A stretch of 64,000 nucleotides of DNA from Paraspadella gotoi (GCA_051294375.1 CM119265.1:29350540-29414539), one strand, 5' to 3'. Shown: positions 1 to 14,116, numbered from the stretch's first letter. A program made the numbers and translations. The notes: generated from the letters alone by a model not told the origin.

Positions 1-1360
1 TTTCTAATTTGAGTTCAATTACACTTGTGGTTACATTGTACAATATTTAAAATTATCTATTTCATCGCTTAATACATAAGGTCTATCTTGCCTGACCCGC
101 TTGATTTGACAGTAAGGTCTTGTAGTGAATAGTTGCAGTTCAACCAAGCTAGTTAAAACATTTTAAAATTTTGCATTTTTCTCTATATATTTCATTGGAG
201 TACTATGTATAATATGGGCTGCATTGCGAAAATTAAAGAATTTTTTTTTTATTTTAAAATGTTCAACTTTACCCTTATGTTCTTTATCATCCATTTATAT
301 TTTTCTTTCTCTGCGGTACGAACTTCCTGTTCAAGTTTTTGATTCTATTATTCGGAATTTGTGGAATTCTAAACTTACTTGGATTTTAATATTTTTTTGC
401 TTACCGCTTTGCTTTAATTCATGACTGGCTTTATGGTTGGTATTAACGCCTTTACCATCGCATATCTTACATTAGCCTAATGATTTGCAGTTCCGTCTGC
501 AAGCTCATCAACGTTTTCAGTTATTCCTCGCTCAGTCTTGTTATTCACCCCAAAAGTACTGACTTCTCTTAGGATGTGTATATTACAAAAACAGAGGAAA
601 AAACAAAAACAGTAATATACAACAAATTACAATCACGAATTTACATTAGCTGAAAAGGTCAGCCATAACAATAGGGTCATCTCATTGGTTCGAATCATAA
701 CCGGGACTCATTTCTTCGTCTGTGCGTCGTCAAATCAAAATAACTTGTCAATTAAAATATACTTTCGAAATAAGAATTTTATTTTTTTATTGACTTAAGT
801 TTGCTAAGATTGTTTGATCCTTAGATTTAAAAGTACTATTTTTTGGCGAAACCGTTCCGTAATTCTCTTAGCAGAGCAGCAGTCTTGCCTTCTTTGTTTC
901 TCTCCCAACTTCTGGAGGGAATCGGCGGAATAGACTCTCTGTCACTCCGTGCGGGAGTCCGCCGGCCGGTTCTTCCTTTCGGGGATTCAAACTCGCCTCA
1001 ACATCAATCTATACGTGAGAGGACCTTTCATGCAGAGATCATGCAGCTCACCGCAGGGCCCTCACTACAATTGTGCGTAAGGGGCGACGGAAGGTGCGTC
1101 GTAAGACGCAATCACTAGAATCCGAATGTAAAACAGGCTGGGGTAAGTTTTTTTTGTTGCAACTCACTTTTTCGGCTTTGGTAAGCGCTGTCTGTCCGTT
1201 AATTTTTCGTTCATTCATGTTCATATTGATTAATAATTATGAACAAATTGCAAAAATTACACTAATATTATAATAATTTTACGATAACATTTGGTAAAAG
1301 TTTAAATACTAAGGAAACCTACAATGTTTTTGTATTGTTTTATTTACATTTCTAATGCAG

Positions 1361-1396
1361 ACATTGAAGATGAGCCCTTACTTTACAAACGCAAAG
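1361..1396 (+). CDS. candidate 36-nt internal micro-exon (DIEDEPLLYKRK), unknown gene
   Basis: Acceptor tttctaatgcag before 1361 and strong donor aag|gtaagt at 1397; open frame, phase 1-1. No recognisable domain. Confidence 0.4.
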
Positions 1397-1908
1397 GTAA
1401 GTGATATAATGCGAATTGAAAAAATAACCGAGCAGGTAGCTGCGGTTCCAGTCGGCGAACAGTCAATTATGTTTTCTCAAATAAACTTTTTTTAAATATT
1501 TAGTTAATTATAAATTAATTTTTGCGAGGGTGTATTAAATGCTTGTTTGAGCATGTTTAAATTTTGTAAATATTATAATTGTATATATTATTATATTTTT
1601 AACTATTAATGAATATACGTGAACGTATTATCGGTAAAGGCTTGTCAATGTTTCGGTAACTCACTGAAATTTGTGGTTTTGTGTTTTTCTCTTAATTATC
1701 CGATCCAACACGAGTTACGTAATTTTGGGGAGACATTCTGGGACGGATTCCTAAAAATTAGTTATTAGGAATTATCGTACAAAAACACGACCAAACTCTA
1801 AGTTCAAGTAAGCCAAGTTCTATCTTATTTCCCTCGTTTTTCTATTGATGATCTGAATTCCTCGGATTGTGTTCTCAACTAACAAATTTGTGAATTTTTC
1901 TTTCTTAG

Positions 1909-2065
1909 GAATTGGTTAAAACGATTCCACTTTGTAAAATTTTGACGTTGATTGGTCGATTTAGCGAACTAAACGTCTTCCAAGAAAGAGGTATTAACGT
2001 TTCTCCGACTGGCTTGGCCTCTCAGTCAGGTCAAACTTTCGCAAGCGGGGAATTTATCCACATAG
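1909..2065 (+). CDS. candidate exon (ELVKTIPLCKILTLIGRFSELNVFQERG...GEFIHI), unknown product
   Basis: Acceptor tttttctttcttag, donor ag|gtaata. Only one frame is open (52 codons); it ends in phase 1, matching the only open frame of the next candidate exon. Confidence 0.35.
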
Positions 2066-2228
2066 GTAATATATTTTCTATACATTTTTAAGACCTTAGT
2101 CGGCATCTAGACTTGATGCATTTTCAAATTCTTTTGACTTCTTTTTTTTTTTGGTTCGATTATCATCTGCGGATGGTATAGTATGTTTTGTCTGATTGTA
2201 GTTTAAATTGAAAATTAACTTATTACAG

Positions 2229-2370
2229 CGGTTGGTTCGTTTCAAACGCCATCTCTTTTCGGAGCAATCGCTGAACAACATTACCGTCCGCTTTTGTCCG
2301 CTCCTATGATTTCCAAATTCGTCAGTCGTCGGAATCTACCTCCGGCATCTTGCTTTCTTATGGGGATGTG
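2229..2370 (+). CDS. candidate exon (VGSFQTPSLFGAIAEQHYRPLLSAP...), unknown product
   Basis: Acceptor tttattacag, donor tg|gtgagc; open only in phase 1, compatible with the 1909-2065 exon. Confidence 0.35.
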
Positions 2371-3626
2371 GTGAGCCTTCATTATTTTGTTTTTTAAATT
2401 ACAATGGAAAGGAGAATGGCCTCTGGGTGATTTGCCATTGAAATTGAGGTTATATAAGTAACGGTTTCAAGTTAAAATAGAATTACTAAGAAAAATAAAT
2501 TGAAGAAACTCCGACCGAAATTTTACAGTCATGTTCACCAGTATCAGCCAAAGTTTAGGAACCAGTTTTCGTAGATTAGTGAGTACATTTTTAAGATTAT
2601 CAACATTACGAACACATAAAAACATCGCTCCTGACAGTATATTTTTAAAAAATTTTTAAATGCGCAGGAACACTTGCAGAAGAAAACTTGAATCTAAGAG
2701 TCGAGAAATGTTTTCTTCTGTGCAATCCCCTTGTTATGTAAATTTATCCGGTTCGTTTTTGCCTCTTTCAGGGATTAATTTTATTCAGTTCTTCATTATT
2801 TACTTCCCCGGCCATCCACCCACGTCCGCTTCCTATTTATCTTGTCCCATAAAGATAAATACCGATGGCCATACACTCGCCTGGCACTGGCTGTTGCTTG
2901 CCTCCTTTCTCTTTTTTTCCTCATTGCTATCCTTCTTCGCTTTTAATATTTTTCTTCTATTCTCCTTCTTTAATTTTCCCCTCTATTTTTCTTTATTCCT
3001 CTTCCTTTTCTTCTCCTCTGTTATCGTATTTCCTTTTTTCCCTTTACTATGTTTCCTTTTTCTCTCCCCACCATCTTTCGCTCTGGGATCGAGGATTATA
3101 ACGTTTTCGTTAGCATCGGTAGGCAAAGGCATCACGCAATAATTATCATATGTAGATTTTGCACACACACATCAGGTGAAGTACACCTACACATTTTCCG
3201 TAAGTGTGCTTTGGCTTTGTCCTTGTTCATCTCTACCCACATTACCCGCCAGTATAAATTTGGTTAAAATATTTTTATTTGGTATTAATATACGTATAGT
3301 AAAATAATCCTTTATTATAACTGAATACAACCCCCCCACTGAATTCAGTTTGCCGACGACCACTGCGGACGCATTCTTGGAAGGGCGTTTACGTCGATAC
3401 TATCGTCCGGCTGCAAGCGGATGGTGACCACTGGGCGTAAACTTGACTTCTCGAATGTGCCGGCTATTGGGTCCGACGGTGAGGCACCTCGAGAGAGAGG
3501 CCGAATAACTCCGCTCCAGACTGCTACCGATTGTTCCTTGTCTCATCCGAGCAGGTGGAACGTATTCTAATTCTTTAAATTTTCTGCCGAGTAGCGACCC
3601 TACCCTGACTTCCCTTTTTCACCCAG

Positions 3627-3732
3627 ACTTACAAGTTTTACCTCGACCGACTTCAACTGGTATTCCTCCGTCAGTCTTTTGTTTCCAACCGCCACGCGGG
3701 GAAATCACTTCAATTAGAACGAGTATACCGTG
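3627..3732 (+). CDS. candidate exon, frame unresolved
   Basis: Acceptor ttccctttttcacccag and strong donor tg|gtgagt; two of three frames are open. Confidence 0.3.
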
Positions 3733-4512
3733 GTGAGTCACCCCATTTTGCGCTTCGTCTTTTATATTTTTTTTTCCGTTTTTCCGATGGCAATAACATT
3801 TTCTATTTTATTTTTCTTCTTGTCGAATAAAAACTTAAATCCAAGCTTGGATTACGAGACGTAGGTTTTTTCATTGCCATCATTATAATGGTCCCCTTTT
3901 ATTGACGTCGTCTTATCGAGAATTTCTTGGCGCGAGAGCTTTTTTTTCTTTTTTCATACATCCGCGTGTGAGAACATTCTAGTTTATTACGGCAATATTT
4001 CTATTTGCTCCTCGCGTTTAGAATAACTTTCTCGTTTTATCGCGCAGAGAGAGAGAGACGGAGGCGTCACCTGGATAAAAAGGATGTCTCCCTCGTCGTT
4101 CATTGGGTCTATTTTTCCCTCGAAGAATACGGCCTTCGAGATCTTTATTTATATTTAATGGAGAAATTATGAAGAAACGCTTTTATTTGGTTTAATAGAA
4201 AAAAAAAAGAGCTTCTCTTTTATCTCGCTGCCTGCTCTAATTCAGCGGAAGATAAGCGCAATTGGAAAAGCCAATTTCCGCAAAAACCGTTTCTGAAGGT
4301 CTTCGTGCGGTGACTGGGTCCAACAACGTGATTCCTTCTGCTGACCGGCTTATGCCTCCTCGCCTGAAAGCAGGCAGTCTCTCTCTCTCTCTCTGCTCCT
4401 CCTCTCTCCCATCGTCGCCTCCCGCTCTCTCTTCCCTCCGGCTAAATCTAGTTGTTGAAAAGAATCAAAGTTAATCGGCTGGTCGAANNNNNNNNNNNNN
4501 NNNNNNNNNNNN

Positions 4513-4550
<38 letters not shown>

Positions 4551-5386
4551 GGATCTTTTCAATGGTGCGGGTGTAAGCTTTAAGTCTAAGACCCCATATT
4601 TCGCCCAAAGCAATAACGCATCGTAATTCCATCCACGTCGCTTTTTCAATAAAGTTTTTCCATGAATTTTGCTGCCGACATTTTAGCTGCTGCGGGTTTC
4701 TCACCCTAAGTCCCTTACCCTCCTAAAATTGGCCTCGCCTCTTTGTATATCTTGGAAAGGGTGAGCCTCAACTTCTAACAAGCAACGCGAGTTGGCTTTA
4801 AGTTTTCATATTTAAAATTCTTATAACAACTGATCATTTAACACTTATGTTTATTATCAATTTATTATTTATTATTATTTATTATCAATTTATTACTCAA
4901 TAAATTCGTATTGCCGATTTAGAATACAAGGCTTTATTCTGTTTTTAAATTAGTCTGCTATCTTTCTCTTCTAATCTCACTTCTCTATTTTCCTCCCGCT
5001 TTCCTCTCTTTTTACTCTCTACTTTTCTATGTATCAACTTTTCATTGAATGATTGATGACGACATNNNNNNNNNNNNNNNNNNNNNNNNNNNNNNNNNNN
5101 NNNNNNNNNNNNNNNNNNNNNNNNNNNNNNNNNNNNNNNNNNNNNNNNNNNNNNNNNNNNNNNNNNNNNNNNNNNNNNNNNNNNNNNNNNNNNNNNNNNN
5201 NNNNNNNNNNNNNNNNNNNNNNNNNNNNNNNNNNNNNNNNNNNNNNNNNNNNNNNNNNNNNNNNNNNNNNNNNNNNNNNNNNNNNNNNNNNNNNNNNNNN
5301 NNNNNNNNNNNNNNNNNNNNNNNNNNNNNNNNNNNNNNNNNNNNNNNNNNNNNNNNNNNNNNNNNNNNNNNNNNNNNNNNNNNNNN

Positions 5387-5763
5387 CTTTCCTTTCCTTT
5401 CCTTTCCTTTCCTTTAGTTTCTTTTTACTTTTATTTCCTTTCCTTTCCTTTCTTTTTCATTCCTTTCCTTTCCTTTCCTTTCTTTTAATTTCCTTTAATT
5501 TCCTTTCCTTTCCGGCCCTTTCCGGCCCTTAAGATTCCTTTACTTTCCTTTCCTTTCCTTTCTTTTCCTATCCTTTATTTTCCTGTCCTTTCCTTTCTTG
5601 TCCTTTCCTTTCCTTTCCTGTCTCTTAATTTCCTTTTCTTTCCTTACCTTTCCTTTCCTTTAATTTCCTGTCCTTTAAATTCCTTTTCTTCGTTCCTTTA
5701 TTTTCTTTTCTTTTCTTTTCTTTTCTTTTTTTTCTTTTCTTTTCTTCCTTTTCCTTTCTTTTA

Positions 5764-5794
<31 letters not shown>

Positions 5795-5870
5795 CTTTCG
5801 TTTCTTTTCCTCTCCCTAAGACAAATTTTTTTTCCAGAAATGAAATGAAATGAAATTAAATGAAATGAAA
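5387..5870. repeat. pentanucleotide microsatellites (TTTCC)n/(TTTTC)n then (GAAAT)n
   Basis: Directly visible periodicity. Confidence 0.9.
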
Positions 5871-6267
5871 TCTATTAACAATGTCATACGAAAAGTGATC
5901 CGCACAACTTCAGACATCTTTTTTAAAAATGAGTATCAAAAACATAAACAACAAGAAAAGCATTGAAAAACGTAAAATGTAAAATTAAAGAATTTTAAAA
6001 CGCTAAAAGAAGCAAAACTAAACTGATTTGATATTACATTCATCAACATTAACTTTAATTTGCGATTATTTTTATTCGTATTTTTAAATTAATTTAATGA
6101 TTAAATTTAATATATAAGTTACACGTGACGATTTTCTCTTCACAAGATAATCTTCTACTTTTTTCTCTCTCGATATTTTTCAATTCAATCCACATTTCAA
6201 TTCAATCACAATTCAATCCACATCTTTACCAAAACATTAGCTCTCCCTCTGGGGTGAGATATGGATC

Positions 6268-6312
<45 letters not shown>

Positions 6313-6345
6313 AGAGGACATGACTTGATACTAACTACCGACAAC

Positions 6346-6550
6346 TTTCTTTCTAATTCTTCTTTCCTCCTCTACTTAATCTCTTTCTAATTCTTCTTTC
6401 CTCCTCTACTTAATCTCTTTCTAATTCTTCTTTTCTCCTCTACTTAATCTCTTTCTAATTCTTCTTTTCTCCTCTACATAATATCTTTCTAATTCTTCTT
6501 TCCTCTACTTAATCTATTTCTAAGTCTTTTTTACTCCTCTACTTAATCTC
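6346..6550. repeat. ~34-bp minisatellite (ctttctaattcttctttcctcctctacttaatct), ~6 copies
   Basis: Directly visible tandem copies. Confidence 0.9.
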
Positions 6551-7094
6551 AACAACTTATTTTAAGTCATATTTTGGTCTGTCTGTCTATCTTTTCGAAA
6601 TCCTCGTTTTCTTAACATATTCGTCGTCGTCGTCGTCTTCGTCGTCGTCGTCGTCGTCTTCTTCTTCGTCATTATCATCGTTTTTCTTGATTTCTTAAAT
6701 CAGTTTATTATTTCTTTTTTTTTCTTCCATCCCGTTGCTCCCTCTCCTACCATTTCTCCTCCCTCTTTTTCCTCTTCCCCCTCTTCTCCCTCTTCTTTCT
6801 CCCACTTCATCCACCCGCCTNNNNNNNNNNNNNNNNNNNNNNNNNNNNNNNNNNNNNNNNNNNNNNNNNNNNNNNNNNNNNNNNNNNNNNNNNNNNNNNN
6901 NNNNNNNNNNNNNNNNNNNNNNNNNNNNNNNNNNNNNNNNNNNNNNNNNNNNNNNNNNNNNNNNNNNNNNNNNNNNNNNNNNNNNNNNNNNNNNNNNNNN
7001 NNNNNNNNNNNNNNNNNNNNNNNNNNNNNNNNNNNNNNNNNNNNNNNNNNNCTCCCACCCGTATTTTTCCTCTTCCCCTCCTTCCACACCCTAG

Positions 7095-7237
7095 GACCAC
7101 GGTCAGCGCGTTTCATGCCACGTCAACTATGGTTATTATTGGCATGGGTCGCTTCCAGCTCCTCAGTGCAGCTTCGGTTCGCTTGACGTTCGATTTGGAC
7201 CAAGATTTGATTGTCCTTCTGCACACATTGTTCACAG
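7095..7237 (+). CDS. IgSF cell-surface protein exon: end of a C2-type Ig domain (DHGQRVSCHVNYGYYWHGSLPAPQCSFGSLDVRFGPRFDCPSAHIVHR)
   Basis: Acceptor cttccacaccctag, donor ag|gtcagt, phase 0->2. DHG-x3-C...L-x-V-x-F-x-P is the typical F/G-strand pattern of nephrin/Kirrel/sidestep-type C2-set domains. Confidence 0.8.
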
Positions 7238-7659
7238 GTCAGTCTTGAACGATATCTGTACAAATCTATCTATATACCATTTTATGTGTATATGTGTATA
7301 TGAGAGAGAGAGANNNNNNNNNNNNNNNNNNNNNNNNNNNNNNNNNNNNNNNNNNNNNNNNNNNNNNNNNNNNNNNNNNNNNNNNNNNNNNNNNNNNNNN
7401 NNNNNNNNNNNNNNNNNNNNNNNNNNNNNNNNNNNNNNNNNNNNNNNNNNNNNNNNNNNAGAGAGAGAGAGAGAGAGAGAGGTTACCAGAGGTTGATGGC
7501 CAGCTGTTGCCCGAGCGAAATAAAAATCCAACCAAAAAACCTGAATTATGAGGATCTTTTCCGCGGAGAGATTACAAATGGCCGAATCCATGGATTGGCG
7601 TGACAGGAATGGAAAAACAAGAAGGGATTCATCAAGATGGAGAGAAGTGGATAGAAAAG

Positions 7660-7731
<72 letters not shown>

Positions 7732-8053
7732 TAGGTTATGATTGAGACATTAGAACCAACCAGTCCTGACAGACAGGTTAAAAGGAACAAAAACACTTAG
7801 ACTCAAACAAAGACAGTCAGACAGAAAAAAAAATCAAAGATGAATAAAACCCGGAAACAGAAAAAGGGATTCTTTCCAGACAGAGCGACAGACAGACAGA
7901 CGGACAGACAGACAGACAGACCTCCACTTTGTGCGGAGAAAATAAAAAGAAAAAGAGAAAAGAATCAACGACGAAGATTTTATGTTCAACGAATGATGGA
8001 TTTACGATCCTCGTGAATTATCTCTTTTTCGCCAAAGTCTTCTGGAGGATGGG

Positions 8054-8140
<87 letters not shown>

Positions 8141-8170
8141 TTATCTAGTATCTATCTGGAGGGTGGACGT

Positions 8171-8509
8171 TAAGGCGTGCCAAAATTGAAAACTTTTTAT
8201 AACTTCTAGTTAAATTATTTTTTCTTTCTATTACTAAATCGATTTTCAATGTAACTTGTTGAATTAGTTTATTGGGTTGTTGCACTGAAGCTTTTAAATA
8301 TTTATTATTATATAACAAATAAAAAATTCTTTTTTTAAAAATTGTATTTTTTAAGAACGGATTCCTATAGAGTTTGAAAAGTTAAATAAAGGTTAGTACT
8401 ACAATTTTTTTTTATTTTGACCCTAACCCTAAACCTAACCCTACAATTTTTTTGTAAAATTTGACCCTTCCCCTAATCCTAACCCATTTAAAAATAGAAA
8501 AAACCTTAA

Positions 8510-8541
<32 letters not shown>

Positions 8542-8765
8542 TGGCTGAATTTTATGTTTTTTTAAATTATCATCAATAAAACAAAAAAAATTTAAAAACT
8601 TTGTATTAATAACCTTTATCTAACTTTTAAAGCTCTATCAGAATCTATTAAAAAAAATTGAAAAATTATATAGTAATGAAATAATCTTTAAATGCTTCCG
8701 TGCGCTAATTAATAAGAAAAATTTTAAAAATTATTTTCATTTTCATATTCTCTAACAGTCACTTA
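8171..8765. mobile_element. palindromic MITE-like element (~600 bp), family copy 1
   Basis: Begins taaggcgtgccaaaattga, similar to the end of the 20832-21419 element. Arms at 8281-8404 and 8598-8705 are imperfect reverse complements; the centre has ccctaa-like and (CAT)n repeats. Confidence 0.65.
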
Positions 8766-8820
8766 ACCATTATTTATTTGAGAGAACTTCTATTTTTCAA
8801 CCTGTTCCGGCCTAGTGGAC

Positions 8821-8858
<38 letters not shown>

Positions 8859-8859
8859 A

Positions 8860-9863
8860 ACCGAGAAGAGAGAGATTTTAAAGGGCCACATAGACTGGAA
8901 AGGCCATAGAGCAAGCTCTTGGGTGAGCATAGACTCTGAGAATAAGCGCACTAGAAGTAAGAGTGATAAATGCAGAAGGCCATAGAATGTAAGGGTGATA
9001 GAATGCAAAAGCCATAGAATGTAGGTTGATTAGAATGCAAAGGCCATATAATGTACAGAGTGATAGAAATAATGCAAAAAGTCATAGGAACTGTGGTGAT
9101 CAGAATGTAAAAGCCATAGAATTTAAGGGCAATAGATGGGAAAAGGCCATAGACAAGTTGGTGGTGAATAGAGAGGCAAAAAGCCCATAGAACTGTAAGA
9201 GTGATAGAATGCAAAGGCCCATGAGAATCGTAAGGGCGATAGATTGCAGAAACGCGATATAATAAAAAGAAGGGGTCATAGAATGATTAAGGCAATTAGA
9301 ATGCGGACACAATGGAATTTAGGGGTGATATACATAAAACACAAAGCAATAGAATGCAGAGGCTATACAATGCAGAGGCCATATAATCTCAGAGGTATTA
9401 GAATGCAGAGGTGATTGTATGTTGATATGATAGAGCATAAGCGATAGATTGTATATGCAATAGAATGCAGATGCGATAGAATGGAGAGGCAATGGAATGC
9501 AGTGGCTATAGAATGCAGAGGCAATGTAAAACAGAGGTGACAGAATACAGAGGCGATAGAATGAAAAGGACGAAAGATTTCGGAGGCAAAAGCATGTGTA
9601 GGTGACTGAATGCAAAGGCCAAGGAATTTAAAAAGGTTTCATAAAACGAAGTTTGACGAATATTGTTTTTCAAATTGAAGAGAGAGATAACGATTTTTGA
9701 AATTGATTTGATTTTTGGGAGATAGATAGATAGAAAGTGAGAGAGAGAGAGAGAGAACGAGACAGAAAGAGAGAGAGAGAGAGAGAGNNNNNNNNNNNNN
9801 NNNNNNNNNNNNGTGAGAGAGAGAGAGAGAGAACGAGACAGAAGAGAGAGAGAGAGAGAGAGG

Positions 9864-9904
<41 letters not shown>

Positions 9905-10596
9905 GTCCACTAGGCCGGAACAGGTTGAAAAATAGAAGTTCTCTCAATAAATAATGGTTAAGTGACTGTTAGAGAATATGAAAATGAAAATAATTTTTAA
10001 AATTTTTCTTATTAATTAGCGCACGGAAGCATTTAAAGATTATTTCATTACTATATAATTTTTTCAATTTTTTTTAATAGATTCTGATAGAGCTTTAAAA
10101 GTTAGATAAAGGTTATTAATACAAAGTTTTTAAATTTTTTGTTTTATTGATGATAATTTATTAAAAAACATAAAATTCAGCCAATGATATGATGATGATG
10201 ATGATGATGACTTTTTTAAGGTTTTTTCTATTTTTAAATGGGTTAGGATTAGGGGAAGGGTCAAATTTACAAAAAAATTGTAGGGTTAGGTTTAGGTTAG
10301 GGTCAAAATAAAAAAAAATTGTAGTACTAACCTTTATTTAACTTTTCAAACTCTATAGGAATCCGTTCTTAAAAAATACAATTTTTAAAAAAAGAATTTT
10401 TTATTTGTTATATAATAATAAATATTTAAAAGCTTCAGTGCAACAACCCAAAAACTAATTCAACAAGTTACATTGAAAATCGATTTAGTAATAGAAAGAA
10501 AAAATAATTTAACTAGAAGTTATAAAAAGTTTTCAATTTTTGCACCCTTAACGTCCACCCTCCAGATAGATACTGATAAATAGATAATAGATAGAT

Positions 10597-10666
<70 letters not shown>

Positions 10667-12468
10667 CCCATCTCCAAAGACTTTGGCGAAAAAGAGATAA
10701 TTCACGAGGATCGTAATCCATCATTCGTTGAACATAAAATCTCGTCGTTGATTCTTTTCTCTTTTTCTTTTTATTTTCTCCGCACAAAGTGGAGGTCTGT
10801 CTGTCTGTCTGTCCGTCTGTCTGTCTGTCGCTCTGTCTGGAAAGAATCCCTTTTTCTGTTTCCGGGTTTTATTCATCTTTGATTTTTTTTTCTGTCTGAC
10901 TGTCTTTGTTTGAGTCTAAGTGTTTTTGTTCCTTTTACACTGTCTGTCAGGACTGGTTGGTTCTAATGTTCTCATCATAACTACTTCTCTCTTCTCTCTC
11001 TCTCTCTCTCTCTCCGTCTCTCTCTCTCTCTCTCTCTCTCTCATCTTCTTTCTATCCACTCTCTCTCCATCTTGATGAATCCCCTTTCTTGTTTTTTCCA
11101 TTCCTGTCACGCCAATCCATGGATTCGGCCATTTGTGTAATCTCTCGCGGAAAAGTCCCTCATAATTCAGAGTTCTTTTCTGCGTTGGAGTTTGTTATTT
11201 CGCTCGGGGCAAGCAGTGGCGTGGCCACGTCAACCTCTGGTGCACCTCTCTCTCTACTTCTCTCGTCTCTCTCCTGTCGCCTAACCTGGTCGACTCTTCT
11301 CCGACTTGACTCTCGCGTCTCAATTACTTTCGTCTCGTTCTCGTGCTCTCTCGTCGTGCTTTCTCTCGTCTCATAACAGCAGCCTGATACAGTGCTAGAT
11401 AAAATTAGCGCAGCCTCAGTGTTATTGCTTATCAGGAATATTCGTTCAAGACTGACCTTGTGATCATTATGTGCAGCTAAGGACAAGGAGATACGCAGAA
11501 TCGGTTCGCTGACCAACAACCTCTTCTCGACGCGGTCCCTCATCGATGCGAACCGGATTAAGACCTGACCGTCCCGTCAGTCCTCGTGACCGAAATGAAC
11601 GCCGCAGCCCCGAGGGCCAATATAACATATTGATGTGAGCGAACCGTGAGGGTGAAACAGCCGCGGCTCTCGCGAGCCTCGTCGGTGCGAATAGCGGCGG
11701 GTGCGCTCGAAGGAGGGGAAGCAAAGCTCTGATCGGAGAGCGAGAGAGGGAAAGGCAGCAGGAGATAAGCGGCCGCGCGACGGCGGATGAGAATGGGTAG
11801 AATGAGAACGACGTGTGAGAAAGAAGAGAAAGTAAGAAGCACCGAGAGAGACGCATGAGAGGAACGATGGATGGAGGCGTCGAGCGATAGGAGAGAGGAA
11901 CGGAAGAACGTTGGAAGCAGGACAGAGACGGAGACGGGGGGTCGTCGCTCTCTTGACGCGCCGATGAGTGCACGCTTCGGTCAAGATGTTTTGTCTATTG
12001 GGCCCGTGGGTCGCGTGTTTTACTGCTGGGACGAGTTGCACTTTGATCCCACAGAGACCCCTCCAAGGTCCTTTCACTTTTTTCTCCGCTAAAATGAAAT
12101 CGCTTAGATTTTTAGTGACTCAAATAACCGGCCAGCACGATCACATCACGCGTCACTATTACACCACTCAACGGTTCGTACGGTTTGATTGGGCAATTGC
12201 CTGACCCCAATCAACTAATTTACTGTTATTGGGAGATATTCGGAAAATAACTATTCTGGAAGATAAACAGTAATTAGCAACATAGAGGTATTTGCATAAC
12301 ACATATAGCGTCGATATGGGGTCTTGCGAGAATGGTTTACTGTTGCTTCTTTTTTTGTTTAAAATTCTTTTCACGTTTTATCGTTTATGGTTGTGTATAG
12401 AACGGGTAAAGGAGGGGTGAAAAGAAATTAAATATTTATAAGGAAAAGGAATAGGCGAGTTAAATTTC
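8860..12468 (-). other. probable assembly artefact: reverse-complemented long-read gap fill around the 25-N gap 9788-9812
   Basis: 9860-11255 is the reverse complement of 7470-8855; 8960-9735 is the reverse complement of 12465-13290; 11440-11720 is a very noisy reverse copy of the 7095 exon region. Differences are mostly 1-nt indels. Confidence 0.85.
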
Positions 12469-12589
12469 TTTCTATCTATCTATCTCCCAAAAATCAAATC
12501 AATTTCAAAAATCGTTATCTTCTCTCTTCAATTTGAAAAACAAATTTCGTCAAACTTCGTTTTTATGAAAAACCTTTTTAAATTCCTTG

Positions 12590-13285
12590 GCCTTTGCATT
12601 CAGTCACCTACACATGCTTTTGCCTCCGAAATCTTTCGTCCTTTTCATTCTATCGCCTCTGTATTCTGTCACCTCTGTTTTACATTGCCTCTGCATTCTA
12701 TAGCCACTGCATTCCATTGCCTCTCCATTCTATCGCATCTGCATTCTATTGCATATACAATCTATCGCTTATGCTCTATCATATCAACATACAATCACCT
12801 CTGCATTCTAATACCTCTGAATTATATGGCCTCTGCATTGTATAGCCTCTGCATTCTATTGCTTTGGTTTTATGTATATCACCCCTAAATTCCATTGTGT
12901 CCGCATTCTATTGCCTTATCATTCTATGACCTCTTTTTATTATATCGCGTTTGCAATCTATCGCCCTTACATTCTATGGCCTTTGCATTCTATCACTCTT
13001 ACATTCTATGGCTTTTGCTCTCTATCACCCAACTTTCTATGGCCTTTTCCATCTATTGCCCTTAAATTCTATGGCTTTTACATTCTATCACCCTACATTC
13101 TATGACTTTTGCATTCTATCACTCTTACATTATATGGCCTTTGCATTCTATCAACCTACATTCTATGGCTTTTGCATTCTATCACCCTTACATTCTATGG
13201 CCTTTGCATTCTATCACCCTTACATTCTATGGCTTTTGCATTCTATCACCCTTACATTCTATGGCCTTTGCATTCTATCACCTCC
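12590..13285. repeat. 32-bp minisatellite (gcattctatcacccttacattctatggccttt) with degenerate 5' copies
   Basis: Directly visible; inverted copy at 8960-9620. Confidence 0.9.
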
Positions 13286-13414
13286 GCATGATTTCACTTT
13301 CACATTTGAAATCACCGTCACTTTCCTTTTCCTTCAAATTCTCAATCACTTTTGCTTTGTGATTCAATTTCCCTTCGCTTCTTTATTCGAACTGTGAATC
13401 CAGTGAATCCATTC

Positions 13415-13503
<89 letters not shown>

Positions 13504-14057
13504 ACCCTCCCTCTTGTCTCTGTCCTAGATGTAAATCGCGCGGTTCGGAATCCATTGTTTTCGAAATTCATTTGCAAAGCGGCTCATTTGCTTCGTTGTC
13601 GTCGTCGTCGTCGTTGTCGTCGTCTTTGTCATCGTCGTCGTCGTCATCCTTGGCTTTGTCTTCTTCGTCATCATTTATGTCATTATTATGTAATTATCAT
13701 TATCATCGTTATGACTTACTAAAACCTTTTTTAAAGTCATCGTCATCATCTTCATCATCATTTACAAAAAACGGTTATCATGATAAACTAATTCATTAAT
13801 ATAATCATTAAGATCATCATCATCATTGAAACTAGGTCGTCATCATCATTATCATCTTCATCATCATTATCATCTTCATTATTACCGTTAAAATATTGAT
13901 CTTTATCATTATTGTCATCATCAGCATAATCATCATCATTATCATCATCCTCATCATCATCATCATCATCATCGGCATAGTCTCATCGTTGACGCCCGGT
14001 GGAGGAGGCAAAGAGAATTCTGGACCTTTTTTGCATTGAAGGAATTGCTGACTCGCA

Positions 14058-14116
<59 letters not shown>

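Noticed and set aside
1016-3716. Stop-codon reassignment or selenocysteine suggested by single in-frame stops in candidate exons
   Set aside because: The stops are of mixed types (TGA, TAG, TAA), the well-supported Ig exons need no recoding, and no SECIS was recognised.
11255-12468. ORFs of 127-168 aa in apparently unique GC-rich sequence
   Set aside because: Recognisable blocks match the reverse complement of ~7070-7260; this is a low-quality read tail.
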